Of a stretch of DNA of 64,000 nt, positions 1 to 9,651 are shown piece after piece. The number at the start of each line of letters is the position of its first letter. The first letter of the stretch is position 1. The notes under the pieces are model-generated. The model did no database searches and had not been told where the DNA came from. It saw nothing but the letters and a program-made list of their open reading frames with translations. Both the position numbers and the translations under genes were made by a program. Location of the stretch: the IMG/VR virus record IMGVR_UViG_3300044638_006750, positions 124,001-188,000 of that record. One strand, given 5' to 3'.

Positions 1-1
1 T

Positions 2-3000
2 ATGTCAATTATAAACAATAAATTTAGAAAATGGTATGGTCAGTCAGTAATTAATAGTACATTTAAACTGAAAGTAGAATTAGTAAATTCATACCCTAAA
101 GGAAATTATGGAAATATCCCAGACCTTCATCTTAAAAATAATAGAGATTTTGATCTATTAAAATCAAATATTGCCAGAAATTCTATTTGTAATTGGGAAA
201 TTATATTAGATACATATAAGACAACAGATGCAACACATAGAAAAGAACAGAGAATAAACATTAATCATACGGCAGCGAATCATATTGACTACACTCGTAC
301 AGATACATCTTTATCCAATACTTCTGGCAGCTATCCAGATGGTTATAATTTTATTGGTGATTTTACTGATCGTAAATTTCTAGTACCTCCAGTAAACATA
401 AATGCTCCGCACCAATATTTAACAGATTACAATTCATGTGTTTATCCTACTCAAGAATATAATAATTTCGGGTTTGCCAGAGTAGAGGACAATGCATTAA
501 GATTTATTTATCAAGCATTTAATCTTTTTTCTGCTGGTATTGGTATGGCAGCTGGTATGGGTGCGATTGGTGGTTTAACAGGTGCGTTTGTCGGAGGAAC
601 TATATTTGGGGCGGCGTCTAGTCTTGCCGTAAATAGCATAGTATCATATTACAATAATGCTAGAAGAACTAGACTAGTAGATGCTTTTGATGATAGTTTC
701 TATGACCCATCGTATGATAATTATGGTTATGGAGTACCAGATAAAGCGCTGATAGAAATTTCAGTAGACGGTGGATATAAATGGTATATATTTGATGCTA
801 AAATTTTCAAATATAACCAGTACTGTTCTCCAGTATATAAGCCTCTTAAAATACAGTACAATGGAGCCGGCCCAGTATCAGAAACTACTTGTTCTAAACT
901 AAGTACGTCTTTGGTCCCAACCACGCCATCGGCAACTTCTCCAATTATTGTCGATCCTAATACTTATAACAATATTACTGGATTGATCCTACCCGCAAAG
1001 AGCATTAAAGCCAAAGAGTTGTATATACATAAAAATATTAGATTATTAAATAATAAACCCAACATAACTAACATTTCTAATGTATTTATAGGTTTTAATA
1101 CATATGATCCGGAAAGCACAGTATGTATCGAGATTCCTCATGTTAAAGCATTTTATTATTTAAAAACTGGTACCATAACAACGAATGCTCAAATAGATAT
1201 CATATATCATGATCAGAATGGTTATGGATATAGAAACTTAATCCAAAAAACAATTAATAATATTGCTATTCTCAATAAAAATAATCAATATAATACATAT
1301 ATTTTATTTAACGATAAAACTCTTAAAAATACTTTAGACAAAAATTTAGATTCTAATATATTAATTCAAAAAAGCAATGCTGAAGATTTATTAGGGGTAG
1401 TTTTGTATAAGGGAGGTAATTTATTTACGGCGGCTAGTGTCAAAGCTTTAATAAACAATAATGTCTTCACGCCGGACTATACTATGCCGGTATATGGAGA
1501 AGGTGCTTGGGGCAGGGGTTCTTCCTCTAACAATCTTTATCCAGCTAAAAAACTTACAATACCTAAAGACTATAGCTTAATTGATTTTGCTAGAGGTTAT
1601 AGTCCAAATAGATATGTTGGACGAATTCAGGTAGGAAATAATTCTCCAATACTAACATCTTCTTTAGAAATAGGTTTGTTCGATAATATCAATGGGTGGC
1701 CGCTATACAAGAATCCAGAAAAATTTAACTTATATTCAATTAGTAGCGACAATAAACAATATCTATATAAAAATATTAGTGATTTAAATTCTATTTTTTA
1801 TTTTTATACAATGACAAGTATAGAAGGTTTAAAAAATAAAGATATGCCGACAGCTGGATCAATTACTTTATTAGACCATTTGATTCCTGCGAAATTGGGT
1901 AGTAGTAGTGGAGGTTTGTCTGGAGCTAAAATAGAAGCTATATATAGCAGTCTAGATGTTGAGGGCGCTAACGGTTGTTTTGGTGGCCACTATTGTAACA
2001 GGGCTAAATTTGATATTTTTGTCAACGGAATATATTTATTTACTGCTAATTTAAATAATTATGAGGAGGGATCTCCGCCTGATCCTCCATTAGATAATGG
2101 CGTAGGACAAGACCCATCAGATAGATATGCTTCTCATATTATCACTGACTCAGAAGCTGCGGCTATAGAGGCTGTTGACCCAGAAAACATATCTATTTCC
2201 TATAGACCAACAGCAGATAATCCCGACCCTCATAATAATATCACTTGGATAAGATTAATTTCTTCATCTGGAGTAGAGATAGCTAGCACTTGTGCTACAG
2301 ATGCTGGACTTAATACAGCAATATTACCATATGATGATAACAAATACTGGATCAGTTTAGATAAAGATCAATATGGAATATATAGTAGAACCACCAGTAT
2401 TAAAGTTTTAAAGAAAATAGAATACATTTGTAGTGAGCCTAGAACCGTTCCTGGCGGACTTAATTGCAACAATATTTGTGGTATTTCTAGAAATTATGGT
2501 AGCAGTATAGGTGTTGGAGATGATGGTGTGACATGGACACCTGCTATTACAACACCAATAGAGCTAATGAAAGTTCAAGCAAAGTCAACGGCTTTTAATC
2601 TGATAGGTGCTCAAGCTGATGGAGACCCGACATTGATATTTACTAATGTCCAAGCAGATGCTCATAAAGCTGCTATAGCACGGAAATATCCTCAAATAGA
2701 GTGGACCGAGATAGTGTTTAATAGGCCAGATGTAAGAATGTCGTGTGGAAACACTAATGGTGATACACTTATGTTTATTAAAGAATATTATTGGATAGCT
2801 AAAAATACAATAGGAGCATCTGGAGGATACGCAGGATTACCAGTCAAAGCATCCGCTCTAATAGCAAATAATACAAATATTAAAGTGAGATTTAGATATA
2901 ATACAAGAAAATTAAGACATGTAGATAATTTTTTTAGAAAATATATCATATCTCCCAATGGAACATACAAAGCCGGCGGTATTGCTGGAACAGACGAGAT

Positions 3001-3478
3001 GCCGATTAAAAATAGTTTTTATACATGGTTTTGTAATTATATAGATAGGGGAACAAGTACTTTGAATACTGTTGTTCCACCATATTATATGATGTTAAAT
3101 GAAATGATATTTAGAGGATTTTTTGGGAGTGCGGATGGTTTAGAAATCAAAGGATCATCATCTAAAACACAATATCCTCATGAATGGATACCTTATGAAT
3201 ACGACAATAGTATTTTTTGTAATAATAATGATGAGGAAAAAAATATTTTTATAGCAGGATTACATAATTTAGATCAATTAGGATATAAATTAAGATGTTG
3301 GTTATTGTCCAAATTAGTCACATCATCATATGATAAAAAAAGAATAGTAAATAGATGTTTAGCATATGTGACTGAGCTTGGAGGACCAGGAATCGTGCCA
3401 GATAAAAAAACATTTGATGTTCTATATGAAACAAATGATCCTAGAATTCAAGAATTAAAAGATACATTTTTAGGATAG
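2..3478 (+). CDS. Large putative virion structural protein (tail/baseplate-associated); 5' end may lie outside the window
   Basis: 1158-aa open frame, N/T/G/Y-rich, with a glycine-rich hydrophobic segment; lies upstream of the T/P-rich protein. Function inferred only. Confidence 0.55.
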   Translation: MSIINNKFRKWYGQSVINSTFKLKVELVNSYPKGNYGNIPDLHLKNNRDFDLLKSNIARNSICNWEIILDTYKTTDATHRKEQRININHTAANHIDYTRTDTSLSNTSGSYPDGYNFIGDFTDRKFLVPPVNINAPHQYLTDYNSCVYPTQEYNNFGFARVEDNALRFIYQAFNLFSAGIGMAAGMGAIGGLTGAFVGGTIFGAASSLAVNSIVSYYNNARRTRLVDAFDDSFYDPSYDNYGYGVPDKALIEISVDGGYKWYIFDAKIFKYNQYCSPVYKPLKIQYNGAGPVSETTCSKLSTSLVPTTPSATSPIIVDPNTYNNITGLILPAKSIKAKELYIHKNIRLLNNKPNITNISNVFIGFNTYDPESTVCIEIPHVKAFYYLKTGTITTNAQIDIIYHDQNGYGYRNLIQKTINNIAILNKNNQYNTYILFNDKTLKNTLDKNLDSNILIQKSNAEDLLGVVLYKGGNLFTAASVKALINNNVFTPDYTMPVYGEGAWGRGSSSNNLYPAKKLTIPKDYSLIDFARGYSPNRYVGRIQVGNNSPILTSSLEIGLFDNINGWPLYKNPEKFNLYSISSDNKQYLYKNISDLNSIFYFYTMTSIEGLKNKDMPTAGSITLLDHLIPAKLGSSSGGLSGAKIEAIYSSLDVEGANGCFGGHYCNRAKFDIFVNGIYLFTANLNNYEEGSPPDPPLDNGVGQDPSDRYASHIITDSEAAAIEAVDPENISISYRPTADNPDPHNNITWIRLISSSGVEIASTCATDAGLNTAILPYDDNKYWISLDKDQYGIYSRTTSIKVLKKIEYICSEPRTVPGGLNCNNICGISRNYGSSIGVGDDGVTWTPAITTPIELMKVQAKSTAFNLIGAQADGDPTLIFTNVQADAHKAAIARKYPQIEWTEIVFNRPDVRMSCGNTNGDTLMFIKEYYWIAKNTIGASGGYAGLPVKASALIANNTNIKVRFRYNTRKLRHVDNFFRKYIISPNGTYKAGGIAGTDEMPIKNSFYTWFCNYIDRGTSTLNTVVPPYYMMLNEMIFRGFFGSADGLEIKGSSSKTQYPHEWIPYEYDNSIFCNNNDEEKNIFIAGLHNLDQLGYKLRCWLLSKLVTSSYDKKRIVNRCLAYVTELGGPGIVPDKKTFDVLYETNDPRIQELKDTFLG

Positions 3479-3483
3479 TTTAA

Positions 3484-5571
3484 ATGTCAACTCCGACACC
3501 TACTGCAACCCCTACTGGCTCGCCTCCTCCTACAGCAACTCCAACGAGAACAGCAACCAGAACGCCAAATAATACTCGTACTGGTACTGCTACTGCTACT
3601 TCTACGCCAACACGAACACCAACTAATACCAATACTTCTACTCCTACCCCTACTCCTACGTCTACTCAGACACCAACACCAACAACAACTCAAACTAGTA
3701 CTCCGACCAGAACTCAAACCAGAACACCTACAAAAACACCCACAGCGACCCCTACTAATACTTCTACTACGACTAAAACACCAACCAATACAAAAACCCC
3801 AACCGCTACAAAAACTTCAACTCCAACAAACACTGCTACCCCATCAAACACGCCAACTAATAGTAAAACTCCAACACAAACATCTACTAGTAATAAAGTT
3901 TATATATGTACTACTAGAACTAATACTCCAACAGGTACTCCAACTCCATCACCCACTAATACAAATACTCCATCGGTTACATCTACCAAGCCACTTAATT
4001 CTAATGAATATTACCTTAGTGATGATCTAAGAAAAATATCTCATGAAAAAGAAACACTACCGACTATTACTGTTTATGTCGATAAAGTTATAGTTGAATG
4101 TTTATGTCTAGACAATCCATTACAAAAAAAGAAATTAGTAAAAGGAGCTTCATTATTTAAGGATGAAATCACTTCTGTTATTTGGTTGATTAGAGAATTT
4201 CAGAATATCCTTGGAACAACTGCAACAGTTTTCTTCTTAAGGGCATTGGATGAAGAAGCAGGAAAAACTGAAATCTATAAGATTGGTGACTCATATGTGC
4301 CAGGACCTATTACTCCTACACCCAAACCAACAGAACCATACGTTTTCATTATTTCAGAAACCCCGACGCCAACACCGAATATTAGTTCTAGTACTATAGT
4401 TTCCGAAGTGATTAGAATATGTCCTACAAATACTCCTACACCATCTATCACTCCTACACAAACACCAACTAATAGTCCAACACCAAGCGCTACTACTACG
4501 AAGACACCCACAAACACCCCAACCAATACAACGTCTAATACTCCAAGCCCTGGCCCCTTACCCATTAAATATTTTATTGGTCCAAGATTAGCTGAAGGCG
4601 AAACATCTCTACAATTCAAAGGTAAATTTGCGTATATGCCATCTGAAGAAGATAGCGGACTGGTTCAGTGGGTCGGTGATACTTTGGAAGGCACAGGTAA
4701 GCTATTAGCTTTAGACCTAAATGGCAATGTAACAACGGTAGAACTATCTAAAAAATATGGTGTTCTCAATGACAGAATTAATCTTCAACCCCCGGCACCT
4801 GATGTAGTAAGAGAAGAGATATTTGTTGAATTAAGATGGCCAGTTAAATGTCAACCAGTAGGTCAGCTTAAAATTCCTTTCAAGGTTGAAAGATATGTTC
4901 CTCCTCCTACACCTTCCCAATCAGTGAGTAGTAGTCCAACTAATACTCCAACACCAAGCATTACAAAAACATCAACACCATCTAACACCCCGTCGAATAC
5001 TGTTACAAAAAGCAATACTCCGACCAATAGTCCGAGTCTGTCTGCTTCTTGTTCATCTAAGCCTACATCAACACCAACACCAAGTGTTTCTATAACGCCC
5101 ACACAAACTTGTAGTAATACTCCCACACCAACACCTACAGAATCTAAATATTCTAATTGTGTTTTAGTTCCAGCGCCCTATCCTGACCCTATAGAATATG
5201 ATGAAGAAACACAAGAATTAATTATTTTAGGAGATGTTAGTTTTACTACTCCAACACCATCTCCGACAGTCACGGGGTCTGTAACACCAACTCCATCGGT
5301 TACTGTGTCTGCAACGCCGACCAATACTCCTACTCCATCAGTTACTAGAACATCTACTCCTTCAGTGACCCCGACCAGAACTCCAACCAATACTCCAACA
5401 AACACTCGGACACCAACTCCTACTAACACTAGTACCCCATCTAATACTTTGACCGTAACACCGACACAGACACCAACCGCCACAGTCACCTATACCAGAA
5501 CTCCGTCACAGACACCAACCAAAACACCGACAGGTACTCCAACAAGCACATATACTCCCACCAGACCATGA
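3484..5571 (+). CDS. Mucin-like Thr/Pro-rich protein (PTxT repeats), putative virion fibre/surface protein
   Basis: 695 aa; several blocks of TPT(x)T repeats separated by non-repetitive segments; no signal peptide evident. Confidence 0.8.
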   Translation: MSTPTPTATPTGSPPPTATPTRTATRTPNNTRTGTATATSTPTRTPTNTNTSTPTPTPTSTQTPTPTTTQTSTPTRTQTRTPTKTPTATPTNTSTTTKTPTNTKTPTATKTSTPTNTATPSNTPTNSKTPTQTSTSNKVYICTTRTNTPTGTPTPSPTNTNTPSVTSTKPLNSNEYYLSDDLRKISHEKETLPTITVYVDKVIVECLCLDNPLQKKKLVKGASLFKDEITSVIWLIREFQNILGTTATVFFLRALDEEAGKTEIYKIGDSYVPGPITPTPKPTEPYVFIISETPTPTPNISSSTIVSEVIRICPTNTPTPSITPTQTPTNSPTPSATTTKTPTNTPTNTTSNTPSPGPLPIKYFIGPRLAEGETSLQFKGKFAYMPSEEDSGLVQWVGDTLEGTGKLLALDLNGNVTTVELSKKYGVLNDRINLQPPAPDVVREEIFVELRWPVKCQPVGQLKIPFKVERYVPPPTPSQSVSSSPTNTPTPSITKTSTPSNTPSNTVTKSNTPTNSPSLSASCSSKPTSTPTPSVSITPTQTCSNTPTPTPTESKYSNCVLVPAPYPDPIEYDEETQELIILGDVSFTTPTPSPTVTGSVTPTPSVTVSATPTNTPTPSVTRTSTPSVTPTRTPTNTPTNTRTPTPTNTSTPSNTLTVTPTQTPTATVTYTRTPSQTPTKTPTGTPTSTYTPTRP
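3487..5568 (+). repeat. Low-complexity degenerate coding repeats (ACN-CCN-ACN) in about four blocks: ~3490-3990, ~4300-4555, ~4900-5150, ~5245-5568
   Basis: Repeats are conserved at protein level (TPT/PTNT/PTRT/PTKT) but synonymous-diverged at DNA level. Confidence 0.8.
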
Positions 5572-5581
5572 GAGGTTAATT

Positions 5582-6016
5582 ATGAATATAGATATGAATG
5601 AATTAGATATTTTTTGTGATTTTGAACCTATTGATAATAGTGAAACAGAATTCAAATGTAAACTCTGTAATAACAGAATGCAATATGGTATGGCTGCTAC
5701 TGGACTACCGCAAATACCGTGTATAGCTAAATTATCTAAGCCAATACCGGCAGATAATATTAAATTAGTTCCAGTCAAAAGTCCTAGTTTTCCAAAAAAG
5801 GTTTATAACTTTATTTTGGCATTAGTAGATCATTTACGAACAGGCGCTAAAAGGACATCTAAAGAAGAAAGGGAGCACAGGTTATCCATATGCTCCCAAT
5901 GTGAGTTCTACGATGGTCTCGCTTGTACAAAATGCGGATGTCCTATAACAAGACACCAACAGTTTATTAGCAAGTTAGACTGGAAAAATCAGAAATGTCC
6001 AGTAGGAAAGTGGTAA
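5582..6016 (+). CDS. Cys-rich putative Zn-binding protein (DUF6171-like C-terminus)
   Basis: RLSICSQCEFYDGLACTKCGC...KLDWKNQKCPVGKW; paralogue at 60348-60590. Confidence 0.65.
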   Translation: MNIDMNELDIFCDFEPIDNSETEFKCKLCNNRMQYGMAATGLPQIPCIAKLSKPIPADNIKLVPVKSPSFPKKVYNFILALVDHLRTGAKRTSKEEREHRLSICSQCEFYDGLACTKCGCPITRHQQFISKLDWKNQKCPVGKW

Positions 6017-6017
6017 A

Positions 6018-6380
6018 TTACTTCTTCTTGGCCTTGGAATCAGATTGACCAGCAGACTCATCTTTTTGCCACTTATGCCATCCCTTATTTGACAACCATT
6101 TACCTTCATCATCTTTTCTTCTAGGAAATAGTGTCCCACCCTTTTTATGTTGGCCGAATGCTAGAGTAGCTCCGCAGTCATTATTATTACATCTTAATTC
6201 ATAGTAATCATTATCATCCACATTGCGAACAACAAATCTATAATTTGTATTGCCGCACACCCCGCATTTTTCTTCTCCAAAAATTTCTTGTACTGAGGCT
6301 AGACCTTTAAAAATTTCTTTTTGGCCTTCTCCCTCAATTTCGAACTGTAATTTATTAGAGACTGTATACTGCACTTTCAT
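6018..6380 (-). CDS. Hypothetical Zn-ribbon protein
   Basis: CGVC...C-x4-C motif; 120 aa. Confidence 0.65.
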   Translation of the reverse strand: MKVQYTVSNKLQFEIEGEGQKEIFKGLASVQEIFGEEKCGVCGNTNYRFVVRNVDDNDYYELRCNNNDCGATLAFGQHKKGGTLFPRRKDDEGKWLSNKGWHKWQKDESAGQSDSKAKKK

Positions 6381-6388
6381 ATTTCACC

Positions 6389-7108
6389 TCATGGTTTCCA
6401 ATTCTCCGAATATCCCAAAATACTCTCTGGAATTTCGTCGATATGTTGTTGATGTTTAGATAACTCTCTTATAATAGCAACAGCATCATCATGCATCAAG
6501 CCTCTAATATTATTACTATCAAAACCTAAATGGCTAATTAAACCTAAAGTATTGATATTAAGCCGTTTGGCCATAACATCAATAAAATTGATTTGATTAT
6601 TACTGATTTTGGAAACATTGTCTCCGGTTGGATCGTCCTCTACGTTTGTGGCCAATTCTTCCGCCGCCACTACTTTGCGCAACTTAAGAGCCCTTCTTAA
6701 TGCTCTTCCTTCCGCTCTGGTTTCGGCTACCGCCACAGGATGGTTTCTGTAAATTTTATCACAATTTCCCCAATAAACATCGGCAGCACCGCTCACTGTA
6801 CGACAGCGATTTAAATCATTGGCTCCCACACACTCATCGTTTAAAACGTAGCTTATGGTGTGTACCACGGTGGCTCTTTTTTCATTTGACGGGTCAGGAT
6901 TCTGTACCACATCACTAGTTGACTGAATAACAGAACATTTGAGAGCAATTTCAAAAATTCTTCTTAGGCCGTCTGTCGTTGGATTACCATCAATTTTTTC
7001 ATCCTCTGATAATAGGCCAAGTACATAATCGTTCCATTCTAAATCATTATGGCTAATCTGCTTGGGTTCTGTATTTTCGACAACTTTTTCTTTTTCCTTT
7101 TTCACCAT
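6389..7108 (-). CDS. Hypothetical protein, possible single-strand annealing protein (Rad52/Sak-like)
   Basis: AVAETRAEGRALRRAL resembles the SSAP helix motif; located at the end of the replication block. Confidence 0.4.
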   Translation of the reverse strand: MVKKEKEKVVENTEPKQISHNDLEWNDYVLGLLSEDEKIDGNPTTDGLRRIFEIALKCSVIQSTSDVVQNPDPSNEKRATVVHTISYVLNDECVGANDLNRCRTVSGAADVYWGNCDKIYRNHPVAVAETRAEGRALRRALKLRKVVAAEELATNVEDDPTGDNVSKISNNQINFIDVMAKRLNINTLGLISHLGFDSNNIRGLMHDDAVAIIRELSKHQQHIDEIPESILGYSENWKP

Positions 7109-7109
7109 T

Positions 7110-7913
7110 TTAGTCTCCTATTTCAAATATTCTATTATTAGTTGGAAATTTTGTTTTAATATTACCTAATACTGATTTCAATTCTTCGTAAATAATTAGA
7201 GCCCTAGAAGGAGAAAAGTCTTTTGACTGCTTAACTCTTATTAAGACCCAGCCTTTTCCAAGGATTAGTCCAGTTTTTTTATTATCATACTTTTGATTTC
7301 TAGACAGAGAATCGTCTCCCCATATGGGTTCAAAATGCGACGGGCCATCAACCTCAATCGCTGTATTCATGTTAGGCAGAAATAGGTCTATCTGCAACTT
7401 GGTATTTACAAGCACCTGCTCTTTATGAAAGTCTACACGATAACCGTCACCTATCAATTTATTAAAAATGTAGTGTTCGAGCTTCGACCCTGTTTTACTA
7501 GCATCTCTAACCGCCTTATTGGCTTTTTGTAGCATATCTTCTTTTATATTGTCGTCTAATGATTCCCACGCTAGTCTAGCTTTCTCTTTTCTATTTTTAA
7601 TTTCAGTCTCGGACAGATTATCCCATGATTGTAAAACAGATAAGCCTATCTTTTTCTTTGTTTCTGTATCTCTAGGCTTACCTTTGGTTGGGTGTTTATG
7701 TTTACCTGTAGCAAGAGCATTTTTTTGTGCGTCTGATTTGCTTCTTATTTTGATCTTAAATTTTTTCGCATCTCTACGAACTTTATTTGGATATGTCTCA
7801 TAAAGTTCCGCAATATCCGCAAAACTCTTATTTTGTTTAACATATAGGTCGATTAATATGTCTTTTTTTTCTACGTCACTCAGTATCGAGTATGGTTTTT
7901 TTGAAATTTTCAT
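7110..7913 (-). CDS. HTH + NUMOD3-like + Vsr/DUF559-type PD-(D/E)XK endonuclease (homing-endonuclease-like)
   Basis: N-terminal HTH (KSFADIAELY), basic HPTKGKPRDTETKKKIG repeat, QIDLFLP..AIEVDGPSH nuclease motif. Confidence 0.75.
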   Translation of the reverse strand: MKISKKPYSILSDVEKKDILIDLYVKQNKSFADIAELYETYPNKVRRDAKKFKIKIRSKSDAQKNALATGKHKHPTKGKPRDTETKKKIGLSVLQSWDNLSETEIKNRKEKARLAWESLDDNIKEDMLQKANKAVRDASKTGSKLEHYIFNKLIGDGYRVDFHKEQVLVNTKLQIDLFLPNMNTAIEVDGPSHFEPIWGDDSLSRNQKYDNKKTGLILGKGWVLIRVKQSKDFSPSRALIIYEELKSVLGNIKTKFPTNNRIFEIGD

Positions 7914-8382
7914 ATGTTATATTTTCCATAATACCTATTGGTTTATTATTCCAGCAATTACTATAAACATTATATATGTATTGATTTTTAGCTATAATAG
8001 ACAAATTTTGGGTAGGTCCATACAAATGGTTAAGATATAGATAGTTTGCTTCAGTGTTTAGCCACGGAATATCTTTTGCATAAAAATATATCTTATTTAT
8101 ATTTGTAAAGCCCTTTGATATAATAAGAGATTCTGTGTCGGATATCCATAACTTACCATTAAAAAATTTGCACTGAGATATTGGTAAGACTGGCACGTTT
8201 AATCTGTGGGTTATAGAGTTCGTATTGTATGCAAAACACACATACTGGTTAGAATGATCATATTGAATAGCAGTATATATTGTATCATATATGTTTTGAT
8301 ACTCTTGATTATTATTTACAACAAACCCAAAATCACTAATTATTGACATAAAATTCCTTTTTGATATAATCGTTAATATCAA
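7876..8382 (-). CDS. Hypothetical protein (possibly a diverged glycosyltransferase-like fragment)
   Basis: Tightly packed ORF in the operon; no clear motif. Confidence 0.5.
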   Translation of the reverse strand: MILTIISKRNFMSIISDFGFVVNNNQEYQNIYDTIYTAIQYDHSNQYVCFAYNTNSITHRLNVPVLPISQCKFFNGKLWISDTESLIISKGFTNINKIYFYAKDIPWLNTEANYLYLNHLYGPTQNLSIIAKNQYIYNVYSNCWNNKPIGIMENITYENFKKTILDTE

Positions 8383-8971
8383 TAATATCGCTATCCATGT
8401 TATCTACAGCAACCATAGTATCCATGTCGATATATGATGCACCACATAGGAGACTTTCATTTTTATATATATGATTTTTACCAATAATAGATTTATAGGA
8501 TGCTAATATAAAAGCCTTTTGATGTTCTAGTAATGTTCCTAAATTATATGGATTATTGATTTTGCTATTATTAAACATATGTATATCACAATCACTGCGC
8601 ATGGTGAGATCAACAATGTTGGATGGAAGCTCCTCAATATTATCTAGTAATATAGCTCTTTTATTATTTCTGGAGATACTATATTTTTTAAAAATCTCTC
8701 TATTAATTACATGCTTGAAATTATTTAAATCATCTATAATAAATAAATCTTTCATTGCATGGTATTGATTCATAAATGTTTTGATAGCAAAATGTTCTAT
8801 GTCAGACTTAGCTATACAAATTTTATATGGTTTAATAATATCGTATGCTTTAAAAATTTCTTCTACATTTAGAATATAAAAATCCACATATTCGGCATGA
8901 TTTGGTATAGATATTTTAATACTATCTAGTAATCTACTGTTGGTAGTAGAAATAATAATTTTGTGTTTCAT
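8336..8971 (-). CDS. Hypothetical protein
   Basis: 211-aa ORF in a coupled operon. Confidence 0.55.
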   Translation of the reverse strand: MKHKIIISTTNSRLLDSIKISIPNHAEYVDFYILNVEEIFKAYDIIKPYKICIAKSDIEHFAIKTFMNQYHAMKDLFIIDDLNNFKHVINREIFKKYSISRNNKRAILLDNIEELPSNIVDLTMRSDCDIHMFNNSKINNPYNLGTLLEHQKAFILASYKSIIGKNHIYKNESLLCGASYIDMDTMVAVDNMDSDIIDINDYIKKEFYVNN

Positions 8972-8973
8972 TG

Positions 8974-9651
8974 TTATATAAATAATTTTGCTTTATTAAT
9001 ATCTTTAATATTATTAATTTTTGTAATTTGTGATTTAGGAATATAGATATTGTTAAATACTATAGATCTATCCAGTAGTTTATTTACCATCTCAAATAGA
9101 AATAATGTCTTTAATTCATGAGGTAATATGGTTTGTTTAACTAGATCCAAAGCACTGTCTGTTAGATATAAACATTCTGACCATAAAAAGGGTAAATCAT
9201 AGAATAAATATTCTACCTTATCAGGATTTAAACATCCAATGTTGAAATTATTTTTTTTACCCTTGATCAGAAATAGCGTATTCTGTGACGGCTTAAGCAT
9301 TTTACTAAAATTAAATCTGGTAATAATACCATTATTAATAAAAATAGCTCCCTTATTAGATTCTCTTTGTTCAATATAGGACACAATAGATGCTATTTGA
9401 CTACTAGTATCGTACTGTTTATTTTCTAAGAAATGTATATTTTTTTTATGGGCGGATGAAGATATGGTTTTTTTGATTCGTTCTGATTCAAAACCGGTTA
9501 GTAGGTAGATGGGATTGTGCTTATATATGGTTCTAATTAGTTCTATTTGATGTTCTATTAGAGTATATCCCCGTATATTAATTAAAGACTTGGGGCCAAA
9601 TGACTTCATGCCCTTAGTAATTTCAGGAATAATAAAAACTATATCAATCAT
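8974..9651 (-). CDS. Sugar-phosphate nucleotidyltransferase-like protein (NTP_transferase fold, diverged)
   Basis: KGMKSFGPKSLINIRGYTLIEHQI..LLTGFE matches the GxGxRM...PKxL N-terminal signature in degenerate form. Confidence 0.7.
   Translation of the reverse strand: MIDIVFIIPEITKGMKSFGPKSLINIRGYTLIEHQIELIRTIYKHNPIYLLTGFESERIKKTISSSAHKKNIHFLENKQYDTSSQIASIVSYIEQRESNKGAIFINNGIITRFNFSKMLKPSQNTLFLIKGKKNNFNIGCLNPDKVEYLFYDLPFLWSECLYLTDSALDLVKQTILPHELKTLFLFEMVNKLLDRSIVFNNIYIPKSQITKINNIKDINKAKLFI

Noticed and set aside
3487-5778. Antisense ORFs rich in V/G or S/R/C over the mucin gene
   Set aside because: Shadow frames of ACN/CCN repeats, which lack stops on the reverse strand; no RBS or independent features.
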